From an uncultured Gemmatimonadales bacterium (GTDB lineage: Bacteria > Gemmatimonadota > Gemmatimonadetes > Longimicrobiales > RSA9), in the NCBI GenBank assembly GCA_963816355.1, contig CAWFKH010000003.1:992001-1056000 (forward strand): a stretch of DNA of 64,000 bases. The letters run 5' to 3'. The notes under the pieces were generated by a model. The model saw only the letters and a program-made list of their open reading frames with translations. It was not told the DNA's origin and searched no databases. The position numbers and the translations under genes were made by a program. This document shows, piece after piece, positions 32,966-45,155 of the stretch (positions are counted from its first letter, which is position 1; every line of letters begins with the position of its first letter).

Positions 32966-34071
32966 TGCTCGATCTCACGACCCGGCCCGACTTCGGCCTG
33001 ACCTGGCTCGACGCCAGCGGGCCTCATGCCGACGTCATCCTTTCCACCCGCGTCCGCCTCGCGCGCAACCTGCAGGGCCACGCCTTCGGCAACCACGCGC
33101 GCGAAGAGGAGCGCCAGCGCATCTACGACGAAGTGCTCGACGCGGCGCGCGCCCACCCCCGGCTCGCCGACAGCACGACGGTCGACCTGGCGGTGGCTCC
33201 GCGCCTGACGCGCCAGGTGCTCCTCGAGCGCCACCTGATCTCGCGCGAGATCGCCGGCGAGGAGGGCGGCGCGCCGCGGCCCGGCGCGGGCCTGATCGCG
33301 GGGCCTGGCGAGACGCTCAGCCTGATGGTGAACGAGGAGGATCACCTACGCATCCAGGGGATGCTCTCGGGGCTGCGGCTGCAGGAGGCGTTTCGACTGG
33401 TCGAAGGGCTCGACGAGGATCTCGGCGCGCGGCTGGCGTTCGCCTATCACCAGGAATTCGGCTACCTGACGAGCTGCCCGACGAACGTGGGCACCGGCCT
33501 GCGCGCCTCGATCCTCGTCCACCTGCCCGGCCTCGTCCTCACCAAGGAGATCGGCAAGGTCCTGCAGGGGATCAACCAGGTGGGCCTCACCTTCCGCGGG
33601 CTCTACGGCGAAGGGTCCGAGGTGGTGGGCAACTTCTTCCAGATCTCGAACCAGACCACGCTCGGCAAGAGCGAGGACGACCTGATCGACCACCTCCAGA
33701 CGATCGTCTCGAAGGTGATCCAGTACGAGATGGAAGCCCGCGGCGTGCTGATGCGCGACGCGCCCACCGTGATCGAGGACAAGATCTGGCGCGCCTACGG
33801 TCTGCTGCGCTTCGCGCGCACGCTCTCCTTCGAGGAAGTGATGAACCTGCTGAGCGGCTTGCGGCTCGGCGTGAGCATGAAACTACTCCCAGGGCTCCGT
33901 GTATACACGCTCAACAAAATCATGATCTATTCCCAGGTCGCCCACCTGGAGCAGGCAGCGGGCCGCGCACTCTCCGGCGAGGAGGGCGACCTCCACCGCG
34001 CGGCCTATGTCCGGGGCGTCCTGGCCACCGAAGGCGACGTGACCGGGACGGATGAGAACGGCGGGGCCTGA
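32965..34071 (+). CDS. mcsB: Protein arginine kinase
   Basis: STRVRLARN, MVNEEDHLRIQ, GYLTSCPTNVGTGLRAS and QISNQTTLG. Confidence 0.94.
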   Translation: MLDLTTRPDFGLTWLDASGPHADVILSTRVRLARNLQGHAFGNHAREEERQRIYDEVLDAARAHPRLADSTTVDLAVAPRLTRQVLLERHLISREIAGEEGGAPRPGAGLIAGPGETLSLMVNEEDHLRIQGMLSGLRLQEAFRLVEGLDEDLGARLAFAYHQEFGYLTSCPTNVGTGLRASILVHLPGLVLTKEIGKVLQGINQVGLTFRGLYGEGSEVVGNFFQISNQTTLGKSEDDLIDHLQTIVSKVIQYEMEARGVLMRDAPTVIEDKIWRAYGLLRFARTLSFEEVMNLLSGLRLGVSMKLLPGLRVYTLNKIMIYSQVAHLEQAAGRALSGEEGDLHRAAYVRGVLATEGDVTGTDENGGA

Positions 34072-34112
34072 GCCACACTGAACGACCGACGTCTCCCGCT
34101 ACGAGGGCTTCG

Positions 34113-36593
<2,481 letters not shown>

Positions 36594-36682
36594 TGCCCAG
36601 AGCAGGACGGCTGGAAACCGCGTCCCCCGGGCGCGCGGCCGTGGTTCCGGCCGCTCACCGGGGGCGCGGCGCGAATGGCCCG

Positions 36683-39139
36683 ATGAAGCGCCCCGCCGTG
36701 CGCCGGCGAGCCGGCGCGACCGCGATCGTCCTCGCCGCCCTCGCGGTGCCGCTGACCGCCGGCCGCCTCCGGGCGCAGCAGCCGCCGGCGGCCCGCGCCA
36801 CCCCGCCGGCCGTCGTCGTCGACACCGTCGTGATCGAGGGCGCCTCCCGGCTGCGGCCGGAAGTCATCGCGACGACGCTGGGCATTCGGGCGGGCGACCG
36901 GGTCACGCTCTCGGACATCCAGGAGGCGATCCACCGGCTGTGGGCGACCGGTCAGGTCTCGGACGTGCAGGTGAACGCGCAGCCGATCGGACCCGGCGAC
37001 GACGCCCCCGTCCGCCTCACGTTCAATGTAACGGAGCGGCCCTTCATCACGGCGATCCGGATCAACGGGCTGGAGCATCTCAGCGCGGCGGCGATCCGGG
37101 ACACCGCCAAGCTGAAGGAAGGGACGCCGTACGACCCGCAGAAGGTGGCGCAGGCGGAGGCGTATACGCGCAAGGCGCTGGCGGACAAGGGCTTCTGGCT
37201 GAAGAAGTTCGACTCCAGGACGGAGCCGGTCACGGGGAGTCCGGGCGAGGCGCGCCTCGTGATCGACGTGCAGGAGGGCAACCGCGTCACCATTGCGGAT
37301 GTCGAGTTCGAGGGCAACAAGGTCTTCAGCGATGGCGATCTGCGTGCCGCGATGGGCACCAAGCCGGCAGGCTTCCTCTGGTTCCGTACCGGCAAGTACG
37401 ACGAGGCGCAGCTCCGCCAGGACCTGCGGCAGCGCCTCCCGGAGTTGTACGGCGAGGAGGGCTACATCGATTTCGCCGTGCGCGGCGACACCATGATCGT
37501 GGATCCCCAGAGCGGGAACGCGAAGCTGCTCGTCCGGGTAGAGGAGGGGCCGCAGTACGTGCTCTCCGGCTTCGACATCGAGGGCAACCACCGCTTCGCG
37601 AGCGAGACGCTGGAGAAATACTTCCGCTCTCCCGCGGGCGGTCTGTTGAGCAACCTGGGGATCGCGCGCCCGAAGGGGCAGAGGGACCGCACCCCGTTCG
37701 ACCGCACCGCCTTCCAGAAGGCGACCGGACAGGTCGAGCAGCTCTACCGCAACTTCGGCTATCTCTACGCATCGGTGGAGCCGGTCGTCGAGAAGACGGA
37801 AACCACGTCCGGCGAGCCGGCCGTCGACGTGGCCTGGCAGATTCGCGAGGGGCAGCCCGCTTACGTCGACCGCGTCGCGATCGAAGGCAACACGTACACG
37901 CACGAGGACGTCATCCGCGACCGGATCTACCTCCTGCCGGGCGACGTCTACAGCGAGGACGCGCTGATCCAGAGCTACCAGGCGATCCAGGGCCTCGGCT
38001 TCTTCGAGACGCCGATGCCCGCGCCGAAGATCGAGCAGACCGACAGCGGCGACGTCGACATCACGTTCGTCGTGAAGGAGAAGCAGACCGGCTCCGTCAA
38101 CTTCGGCACCGCGCTCGGCGGCTACGGCGGCCTCGCGGGCTTCATCGGCTACGACCAGCCCAACCTCTTCGGGCAGGCGAAGTCCGGTCATCTCCGCTGG
38201 GAGTACGGCCGCTTCACCAACAACTTCGAGGCGAGCTACAGCGACCCCTCGATCCTCGGGACGCGCTACAGCGGCTCCGTCTCCCTGTTCAGCGCCCGCA
38301 ACGACTTCGGCCGCGCCTTCCAGTTCAATGAAGGCCTCTTCCGGCGTACCGGCGGAACGCTCCAGTTCGGATTCCCCATGCCCACGGACCGTTTCACGCG
38401 GGCGACGATCGGCTATTCGCTCGTGCGCACGAGCTACAGCCAGTTCGACCCGACGCAGACGACGACGCTTTTCCAGCTACCGCCCGGCATTCAGAGCTCC
38501 GTCACGCTCGGCCTCACGCGCAACACGTTGAACGGCACGCTGTTCCCGACCGCCGGCACACGGACGAGCCTGCAGGCGAGCTTCAACGGCGGCGTCTTCG
38601 GCGGAGACGGTACCTTCCAGAAGTACATCGCCTCCGGAAGCTGGTACGTCCCCGTCGGGGAGCTGGGCGGCAACGGGGCGGGCGCACACCCGATCCGGCT
38701 CACGCTCGGCCTCACTGCGGAGGTCGGCGCCCTCTTCGGAGACGCCTCGCGGTTCCCCTTCGAGCGCTTCTGGATGGGCGGCGTTCAGTTCGGGGAACAG
38801 CTGCGCGGCTACGATGAAACGACGATCACGCCGCTGGGGTACTTCGCGCGGGCGAACGGCTCGCTGCCGCTCGAATCCCGGCTGGGCGACGCGTATCTTC
38901 GCCTGAGTGCCGAGTACGCCGTGCGCCTCAACGACAACCTGTCGGTCTCGGCGTTCTACGATGCCGGCAATGTGTGGAGCGACCCGGCCGCCATCGACCC
39001 GACGCGCCTCTTCCGGGGCGCCGGCGTGGGTCTGACGATCGTGACGCCGTTCGGCCCGCTCGGGCTCGATTACGCGTACGGCTTCGACAAGGTGCCGCCG
39101 GGGTGGCAGCTCCACTTCAAGCTTGGACAGGTCTTCTAA
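36683..39139 (+). CDS. bamA: Outer membrane protein assembly factor BamA (alternative start 36593)
   Basis: Signal peptide, POTRA repeats, LRGY motif and a C-terminal Phe. Confidence 0.93.
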   Translation: MKRPAVRRRAGATAIVLAALAVPLTAGRLRAQQPPAARATPPAVVVDTVVIEGASRLRPEVIATTLGIRAGDRVTLSDIQEAIHRLWATGQVSDVQVNAQPIGPGDDAPVRLTFNVTERPFITAIRINGLEHLSAAAIRDTAKLKEGTPYDPQKVAQAEAYTRKALADKGFWLKKFDSRTEPVTGSPGEARLVIDVQEGNRVTIADVEFEGNKVFSDGDLRAAMGTKPAGFLWFRTGKYDEAQLRQDLRQRLPELYGEEGYIDFAVRGDTMIVDPQSGNAKLLVRVEEGPQYVLSGFDIEGNHRFASETLEKYFRSPAGGLLSNLGIARPKGQRDRTPFDRTAFQKATGQVEQLYRNFGYLYASVEPVVEKTETTSGEPAVDVAWQIREGQPAYVDRVAIEGNTYTHEDVIRDRIYLLPGDVYSEDALIQSYQAIQGLGFFETPMPAPKIEQTDSGDVDITFVVKEKQTGSVNFGTALGGYGGLAGFIGYDQPNLFGQAKSGHLRWEYGRFTNNFEASYSDPSILGTRYSGSVSLFSARNDFGRAFQFNEGLFRRTGGTLQFGFPMPTDRFTRATIGYSLVRTSYSQFDPTQTTTLFQLPPGIQSSVTLGLTRNTLNGTLFPTAGTRTSLQASFNGGVFGGDGTFQKYIASGSWYVPVGELGGNGAGAHPIRLTLGLTAEVGALFGDASRFPFERFWMGGVQFGEQLRGYDETTITPLGYFARANGSLPLESRLGDAYLRLSAEYAVRLNDNLSVSAFYDAGNVWSDPAAIDPTRLFRGAGVGLTIVTPFGPLGLDYAYGFDKVPPGWQLHFKLGQVF

Positions 39140-39160
39140 CCAGGGGAAAGAACCCGAGAT

Positions 39161-39691
39161 ATGATCAAACACGCGCTCCTAACCGTCGCCGCCGTGGCCA
39201 CCCTCGCGGCGCCGGCTTCGGCGCAGCAGCAGCCGACGCCGAAGTACGTCTACATCAACTCGCAGAAGATCATCGCGCAGGCGCCGGGCGCGAAGGAGGC
39301 GCAGGCGGCCTTCGACAAGCAGATGAGCGGCTATCGCGGCGAGCTGCAGAAGCTCGAGGCCGACATCAAGTCGATGGTGGACGAGTATCAGAAGAAGGAA
39401 TCGATGCTCACGGCCCAGGCGAAACAGCAGCAGCAGGACGCGATCCGGAAGAAGCAGCAGGAGTACCAGCAGCGCGCCCAGGAGCTGGAGCAGGAGGCGA
39501 ATCAGAAGCAGCAGGAGCTGGTGAAGCCGATCATGGACAAGATCCAGACGGTGATCGACCAGCTGCGCAACGAGCGCAACTACGCGATGATCTTCGACGC
39601 CGCCGGCGGCGGCCTCATCGCGGCGGACTCCTCGCTCGACATCACCGACGAGGTGATCGCGCGCCTGGGCAAGCTCGCCGCCTCCAAGTAG
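39161..39691 (+). CDS. skp: Skp/OmpH periplasmic chaperone
   Basis: Signal peptide, YINSQKI, Q/K/E coiled coils and DITDEVI. Confidence 0.9.
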   Translation: MIKHALLTVAAVATLAAPASAQQQPTPKYVYINSQKIIAQAPGAKEAQAAFDKQMSGYRGELQKLEADIKSMVDEYQKKESMLTAQAKQQQQDAIRKKQQEYQQRAQELEQEANQKQQELVKPIMDKIQTVIDQLRNERNYAMIFDAAGGGLIAADSSLDITDEVIARLGKLAASK

Positions 39692-39735
39692 CGCCTCCGG
39701 TCCGATCCCGACCGCCCGGCCACATCCTCACCCTC

Positions 39736-40767
39736 GTGAAGGCCTCCGAGATCGCCCGCCTCGTCGGTGGCACGCTGGCGGGCGCCGGTGATCCGGAGAT
39801 CACGGGCGTGACGAGCCTCGAGCGCAGCACGCCGAGCGACCTCTCGCTGCTTGCTAGCGCCCGTTACCTCCGGTATCTTCCGCCCGCTCGCGCGGGGGCG
39901 ATCCTCGTCGCGGAGGAGCTGGCCGACTCGGTGCCGCCGGAGCGGCCGCGGATCGTCGTTCCGCGCGTCCACGCCGCCCTCGCCCGCATCCTCGACACGC
40001 TCTATCCGGAGCCGCCCCGCCCCACGGGGATCCACCCGACCGCGGTGATCGGCGCCGGCGCCGAGATCGGGCCGGACGCGGCGCTCGACGCCTACGCGAT
40101 CGTGGGAGCGGGCGCGCGGCTGGGGGCCCGCGTGAGCGTCGGCGCCCATGCCGTGATCGGCGCCGGCTGCGAGATCGGCGACGACGTCGTCCTCCACCCC
40201 CACGTGACGCTCTACCGCGGGGTACGCGTCGGGCCGCGGACGGTCGTACATTCCGGCTGCCGCCTCGGCGTGGACGGATTCGGCTACACGGCCGATTCCG
40301 GCGGGATGCGCAAGGTGCCGCAGATCGGGACGTGCGAGATCGGTGCAGACGTCGAGATCGGCGCGAACAGCACGATCGACCGGGGCTCGATCGGGCCGAC
40401 GTCGATCGCCGACGGCGTCAAGATCGACAACCTGGTGCACATCGCGCACAACGTGACGGTGGGCGAGAGCGCAATCATCGTGGCGCAGGTGGGTGTGGCG
40501 GGCAGCGTCGAGATCGGCCGGGGCGCGACGCTGGCGGGGCAGGCCGGGATCTCGGGCCACCTCGAGATCGGGGAGGGCGCCACGATCGCGGCGCAGGCCG
40601 GCGTGATCGGCGACGTGCCGGCGGGTGAGACCTACAGCGGCTATCCCGCCCGGCCGCACCGGGAGGCGATGCGGGCGAGCGCGGCGCTGTTCCGCCTTCC
40701 GTCGCTGGTGCGGCGGATACGCATGCTGGAGCGCGCCGTCTTCGGGGCGCGATCGGGAGGGGAATGA
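39736..40767 (+). CDS. lpxD: UDP-3-O-acylglucosamine N-acyltransferase
   Basis: Hexapeptide repeats, DGFGY, EIGANSTIDRG and KIDNLVHIAHNV. Confidence 0.95.
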   Translation: MKASEIARLVGGTLAGAGDPEITGVTSLERSTPSDLSLLASARYLRYLPPARAGAILVAEELADSVPPERPRIVVPRVHAALARILDTLYPEPPRPTGIHPTAVIGAGAEIGPDAALDAYAIVGAGARLGARVSVGAHAVIGAGCEIGDDVVLHPHVTLYRGVRVGPRTVVHSGCRLGVDGFGYTADSGGMRKVPQIGTCEIGADVEIGANSTIDRGSIGPTSIADGVKIDNLVHIAHNVTVGESAIIVAQVGVAGSVEIGRGATLAGQAGISGHLEIGEGATIAAQAGVIGDVPAGETYSGYPARPHREAMRASAALFRLPSLVRRIRMLERAVFGARSGGE

Positions 40768-42059
40768 GCGAAGCGCGACAGCAGACGATCGGGGCGGACA
40801 CGGCGTTCGAGGGCGTTGGCCTGCACACGGGCGAGACGACGCACCTCCACTTCCGGCCCGCGGCGCCCGACCACGGCATCCGTTTCCGGCGTGTCGACCT
40901 CGAGGGAGCGCCGGAGGTTTCGGCGTGCCTGGACCGCGTCACTTCCACGGAGCGCGGAACCACGCTCGGCGAAGAGCCCGCGCGCGTGCACACGGTCGAG
41001 CACCTGCTCGCGGCGGCTTCCGCGCTCCGTCTGGACAACCTCCTCGTGGAGCTCGACGGGCCCGAGGTCCCGATCGGCGACGGCAGCTTCCGTCCTTTCT
41101 TCGATCGCCTCCGGGACGCCGGCGTTGAAGCGCAGCAGCAACCGGCGCGCTTCATCGACCTCCAGGAGACGCTCAGCGTGAGCGGCCCCGCCGGCGCCTC
41201 CTACGTGGCGGTGGCGGCCCCGGCGCTTCGTCTCTCGACGACGATCGAGTTCGACCACCCGCTGATCCGCCGGCAGTTCGCTTCCTTCGAAGTCGACCCG
41301 GAGCACTTCGCGACGGAGCTCGCGCCGGCGCGGACGTTCGGCTTCCTGCACGAAGCGGAGCAGTTGCGCAGCCGCGGCCTGGCGCAGGGCGCGACGCTGG
41401 ACAACGCGCTGGTGCTCGACGACGAGGGGCTGGCGGGGGGCGAGCTGCGCTTTCCGGACGAGTTCGTGCGCCACAAGATGGGGGACATCGTCGGGGACCT
41501 CGCGCTGCTGGGGCGACGCGTGCGGGCGCACGTGGTGGCGGATCGACCGAGCCACGCGGGGAACCTGGCGCTGGCGCGCGAGCTGGAGGCGAGCGAGAAG
41601 CGGCAGCGCCGCGAGGGGATCGTCGACATCCAGAAGATCATGCAGTATCTGCCGCATCGCTATCCGATGCTGCTGGTCGACCGTATCATCGAGTTCGAGC
41701 CGGGCAAGCGGATCGTCGGCATCAAGAACGTGACGATCAACGAGCCGTTCTTCCAGGGCCACTACGTGATCACGCGCGGGCACCCGGTCATGCCCGGCGT
41801 ACTGGTGATCGAGGCGATGGCCCAGGTGGGCGGCCTGCTGCTGCTCGATGCGGTCGAGAAGCCGGAGGAGCAGGTGATCTATTTCATGTCGTTGGACAAC
41901 GTGAAGTGGCGGCGGCCGGTGACGCCCGGCGATCAGATCCGCTTCGAGCTCGAGGTGCTGCAGCTGCGCACCCACGTCGCGCGGATGCGCGGCGTCGGCA
42001 CCGTCGACGGCAAAGTGGTGGCCGAGGCGGAGATGATGGCGCGGATCGTGAACGGTTGA
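40764..42059 (+). CDS. lpxC-fabZ: Bifunctional LpxC-FabZ fusion
   Basis: GVGLHTG, TVEHLLAA, APARTFGF and HKMGD, followed by LPHRYPMLLVD and MPGVLVIEAMAQ. Confidence 0.94.
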   Translation: MSEARQQTIGADTAFEGVGLHTGETTHLHFRPAAPDHGIRFRRVDLEGAPEVSACLDRVTSTERGTTLGEEPARVHTVEHLLAAASALRLDNLLVELDGPEVPIGDGSFRPFFDRLRDAGVEAQQQPARFIDLQETLSVSGPAGASYVAVAAPALRLSTTIEFDHPLIRRQFASFEVDPEHFATELAPARTFGFLHEAEQLRSRGLAQGATLDNALVLDDEGLAGGELRFPDEFVRHKMGDIVGDLALLGRRVRAHVVADRPSHAGNLALARELEASEKRQRREGIVDIQKIMQYLPHRYPMLLVDRIIEFEPGKRIVGIKNVTINEPFFQGHYVITRGHPVMPGVLVIEAMAQVGGLLLLDAVEKPEEQVIYFMSLDNVKWRRPVTPGDQIRFELEVLQLRTHVARMRGVGTVDGKVVAEAEMMARIVNG

Positions 42060-42871
42060 GCGACGTGAGCCGTCTGCTTCGGAGCGACGCGGCGAGCGAG
42101 CCGCAGGTCCACCCGACCGCCATCGTCGACGCAGACGTCGAGCTGGGGGCGGACGTGGTCGTGGGGCCGTACGCCGTCCTCGGTCCGGGCGTCACGATCG
42201 GCGATCGTTCCGTGATCGGGCCGCACGTCCTCGTGGAGCGGGATACGACGATCGGCGAGGACTGCCGCGTCCACAAGGGCGCCGCCCTCGGCACCGATCC
42301 GCAGGACCTGAAGTACGACGACGAGCCCACGCATCTCTACGTGGGCGATCGCACCGTCGTCCGCGAATACGCCACCCTCAACCGCGGGACACAGGCGCGC
42401 GGCCGCACCGACGTGGGCGCCGACTGTCTCCTGATGGCGTACGCGCACGTGGCGCACGACTGTTCGATCGGCGATCACGTCATCCTCTCGAACGCCGTCA
42501 ACATGGGCGGCCACGTCGAGATCCAGGAATGGGCGATCGTCGGCGGCATCACGGCGATCCATCAGTTCGCGCGCATCGGCGAGCACGCCTTCGTCGGCGG
42601 CGCTTCCCGCGTCTCGAAGGACGTGCCGCCGTTCGTGCGCGCCGCCGGCAATCCGCTCGAGCTGGCGGGCCTCAACTCCGTCGGCCTGCAGAGACGGGGC
42701 ATCCCCGAGGCGGTGCGCTCGGAGCTGAAGCGGGCCTACCGGCTCCTCTTCCGCTCGGGCCTGAACGTGACGCAGGCGCTGGCGCGGGCGGAGACGGAGC
42801 TCGCGCCGATCCCGGAGGTACGCCGCCTCATCGACTTCATCGCCCGAAGCGAGCGCGGTGTCCAGCTCTGA
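42056..42871 (+). CDS. lpxA: Acyl-ACP--UDP-N-acetylglucosamine acyltransferase
   Basis: VHPTAIVD, PQDLKY, AHVAHDC, IHQFARIG and GLNSVGL. Confidence 0.95.
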   Translation: MSDVSRLLRSDAASEPQVHPTAIVDADVELGADVVVGPYAVLGPGVTIGDRSVIGPHVLVERDTTIGEDCRVHKGAALGTDPQDLKYDDEPTHLYVGDRTVVREYATLNRGTQARGRTDVGADCLLMAYAHVAHDCSIGDHVILSNAVNMGGHVEIQEWAIVGGITAIHQFARIGEHAFVGGASRVSKDVPPFVRAAGNPLELAGLNSVGLQRRGIPEAVRSELKRAYRLLFRSGLNVTQALARAETELAPIPEVRRLIDFIARSERGVQL

Positions 42872-43898
42872 GGCGGCCGCCGCGGGCGCGGGAGGCGACG
42901 CGGACGCGGGAGGCGACGCCTTCCGCGTCGGCGTGGTCGGCGTGGGGAGTCTCGGCTATCATCACGCCCGCATCCTGCGCGACCTGCCGGGCGCGCGGCT
43001 CGTGGGCGTGCACGACGCCGATGCCGCGCGCCTGGGCGAGGTGGGGCGTCGCCTCGAAGTGGAGACCTTCGCTTCGCTGGAGGCGCTGCTCGACGTGGTG
43101 GGCGCGATCGTCATCGCCGTGCCGACGCGGGCGCACGAGGCGGTGGCCATCGCTGCACTCGAGCGTGGATTGCCGGTCCTGATCGAGAAGCCGATCGCGC
43201 CGACCCTGGAGGCGGCCGATCGCATTCTCGCGGCGGCGGAGCGAAGCGGGGCGGCGGTCCAGATCGGGCACGTCGAGCGCTTCAACGCCGCGTTGCGTGC
43301 GTGCGAGCCCTACCTGGACCAGCCGCTCTTCGTTGAATCGCACCGGCTCGCGCCGTTCGGCGTGCGTGGCACCGACGTGGCGGTCGTGCTCGACCTGATG
43401 ATCCACGACCTCGACCTGGTGCTCAGCATGGTTCGCCGACCGGTGGCGTCGATCGCGGCGAGCGGCGTTCCTGTGCTCACGCCCAGCCCGGACATCGCCA
43501 ACGCGCGGCTCGAGTTCGAGGGCGGCGGCGTGGCCAATCTCACGGCGAGCCGCGTGTCGCTGGAGCGCCTGCGCAAGATCCGCTTCTTTCAGCGCTCGGG
43601 CTATATCAGCCTGGACCTGGCCGCGGGGCGAGGCGAGTTCCTGCGGCTCCGGCCGGGGCTCCACTTCTCGCCCGGCGAGCCGATTCCCGCGAGCAAGCTG
43701 GAAGAGATCGTCGAGCGCGTGCCGCTCGAGGGGGACGGCGGGGAGCCGCTGCGTGAGGAGTTGAAGAGCTTCGTTTCCGCGCTGCGCGGCGAGGCCGACA
43801 TCGCGGTGAGCGGACGCGAGGGCCGCGACGCGCTCGCCGTCGCGTTGGAGATCGTGAATCGGATCGAGAAGGATGTCGCTTCTTCACGTGCGCCGTGA
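42858..43898 (+). CDS. Gfo/Idh/MocA oxidoreductase (GnnA-like UDP-GlcNAc 3-dehydrogenase)
   Basis: GVGSLGYHH, IEKPIA, GHVERFN and DLMIHDLD; located between lpxA and lpxB. Confidence 0.85.
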   Translation: MSSSEAAAAGAGGDADAGGDAFRVGVVGVGSLGYHHARILRDLPGARLVGVHDADAARLGEVGRRLEVETFASLEALLDVVGAIVIAVPTRAHEAVAIAALERGLPVLIEKPIAPTLEAADRILAAAERSGAAVQIGHVERFNAALRACEPYLDQPLFVESHRLAPFGVRGTDVAVVLDLMIHDLDLVLSMVRRPVASIAASGVPVLTPSPDIANARLEFEGGGVANLTASRVSLERLRKIRFFQRSGYISLDLAAGRGEFLRLRPGLHFSPGEPIPASKLEEIVERVPLEGDGGEPLREELKSFVSALRGEADIAVSGREGRDALAVALEIVNRIEKDVASSRAP

Positions 43899-44010
43899 GC
43901 GCAAGGGTCAGTACCGCGGAGGGCCGATGCGGCCGCCATCGCTGTGGAAGCTGGCGATCGGCCTCGCCCTCGTCGCCCTTCTGATCTGGAAGCTGAGTCG
44001 CCTCGCGTGA
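43873..44010 (+). CDS. Small single-pass membrane protein (45 aa; alternative start 43927)
   Basis: MSLLHVRRERKGQYRGGPMRPPSLWKLAIGLALVALLIWKLSRLA*; SD-like sequence before both ATGs; TGATG coupling to lpxB. Confidence 0.6.
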   Translation: MSLLHVRRERKGQYRGGPMRPPSLWKLAIGLALVALLIWKLSRLA

Positions 44011-45155
44011 TGCGCGCTCGGCCGGCGATCCTGCTCTCGGCGGGCGAGCCGTCCGGAGACCTGCACGGCGCGGCGGTCGCCGAGGCGCTGCGGCGGCGCT
44101 TCCCGGACGCGATGCTCTTCGGCCTCGGCGGCCGCCGCATGGAAGCGGCCGGCGTCGAGCTGCTCGCTGACCCGGACCGTCTGGCGGTGATGGGGTTCGC
44201 GGAGGTCGTGCGGCACCTGCCGTTCTTCATCGGGCTCATGCGGCGCCTCGAGCGCGAGATGCGCTCCCGCGGCGCGTCGCTCGTGCTCCCGATCGACTAT
44301 CCCGGCTTCAACCTGCGCCTGGCGCGCCGCGCCCGCCGCGCGGGCGTGCCCGTCCTCTACTACATCGCGCCCCAGGTGTGGGCGTGGCACGGCAGCCGGG
44401 CCCGCCAGCTCGCCGACGCGGCCGACCGCCTCGCCGTCGTCTTCCCGTTCGAGGAGGACGTCTTCCGGCGTTCCGGCGCCAGCGTGGAGTTCGTGGGCCA
44501 CCCGCTCGCTGACGCGGCGCCGGTCTCCGCGACGCGTGAAGCGTTCTGCGCCGCCCTCGGGCTCGACCCCGCCCGCCCGATCCTCGCCCTCTTTCCCGGC
44601 TCGCGAATTCAGGAGGTACGGCGCCACATCTCCCTCTTCGCGGCGACGTCGGCCACGCTGCGCGCGCGGCTGCCGACGCTGCAGCCGGTGCTCGCCGCCG
44701 CCGCGGGCGTCGCCGACGCGGAGTACGCGGACGCCGACTTTCCGCGCACGGCCGACTCGCGCGGCCTGCTGGCGCACGCCGCCGCTGCGCTGGTGAAGTC
44801 CGGCACGACCACGGTGGAAGCGGCGCTGGCGGGCACGCCGATGGTGATCGTCTATCGTACGCACCCGTTGACCTTCTTCCTGGCGCGGCGCCTCGTCGAA
44901 GTGGACCACATCGGAATGGCGAATCTGATCGCGGGCCGGCGCGTGGCACCGGAGTTCGTGCAGCACGAAGCGACGCCGTCCGCGCTCGCCGCCGCGCTGC
45001 TCCCGCTGCTCGGCGAGGCGTCGCCGGAGCGCGCCCGGATGGTCGAGGCGCTCGGCGAGGTGCGAGAGGCGCTGACGGCCGGGACGGGGGAGCCGGTGGC
45101 GGAGCGCGTGGCGGGGATCGCGGCCGCGCTGATCGAAGCGCATGACCGCGCGTGA
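44010..45155 (+). CDS. lpxB: Lipid-A-disaccharide synthase
   Basis: SAGEPSGDLHGA, IDYPGFN, PQVWAW, PGSR and KSGTTTVE. Confidence 0.95.
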   Translation: MRARPAILLSAGEPSGDLHGAAVAEALRRRFPDAMLFGLGGRRMEAAGVELLADPDRLAVMGFAEVVRHLPFFIGLMRRLEREMRSRGASLVLPIDYPGFNLRLARRARRAGVPVLYYIAPQVWAWHGSRARQLADAADRLAVVFPFEEDVFRRSGASVEFVGHPLADAAPVSATREAFCAALGLDPARPILALFPGSRIQEVRRHISLFAATSATLRARLPTLQPVLAAAAGVADAEYADADFPRTADSRGLLAHAAAALVKSGTTTVEAALAGTPMVIVYRTHPLTFFLARRLVEVDHIGMANLIAGRRVAPEFVQHEATPSALAAALLPLLGEASPERARMVEALGEVREALTAGTGEPVAERVAGIAAALIEAHDRA

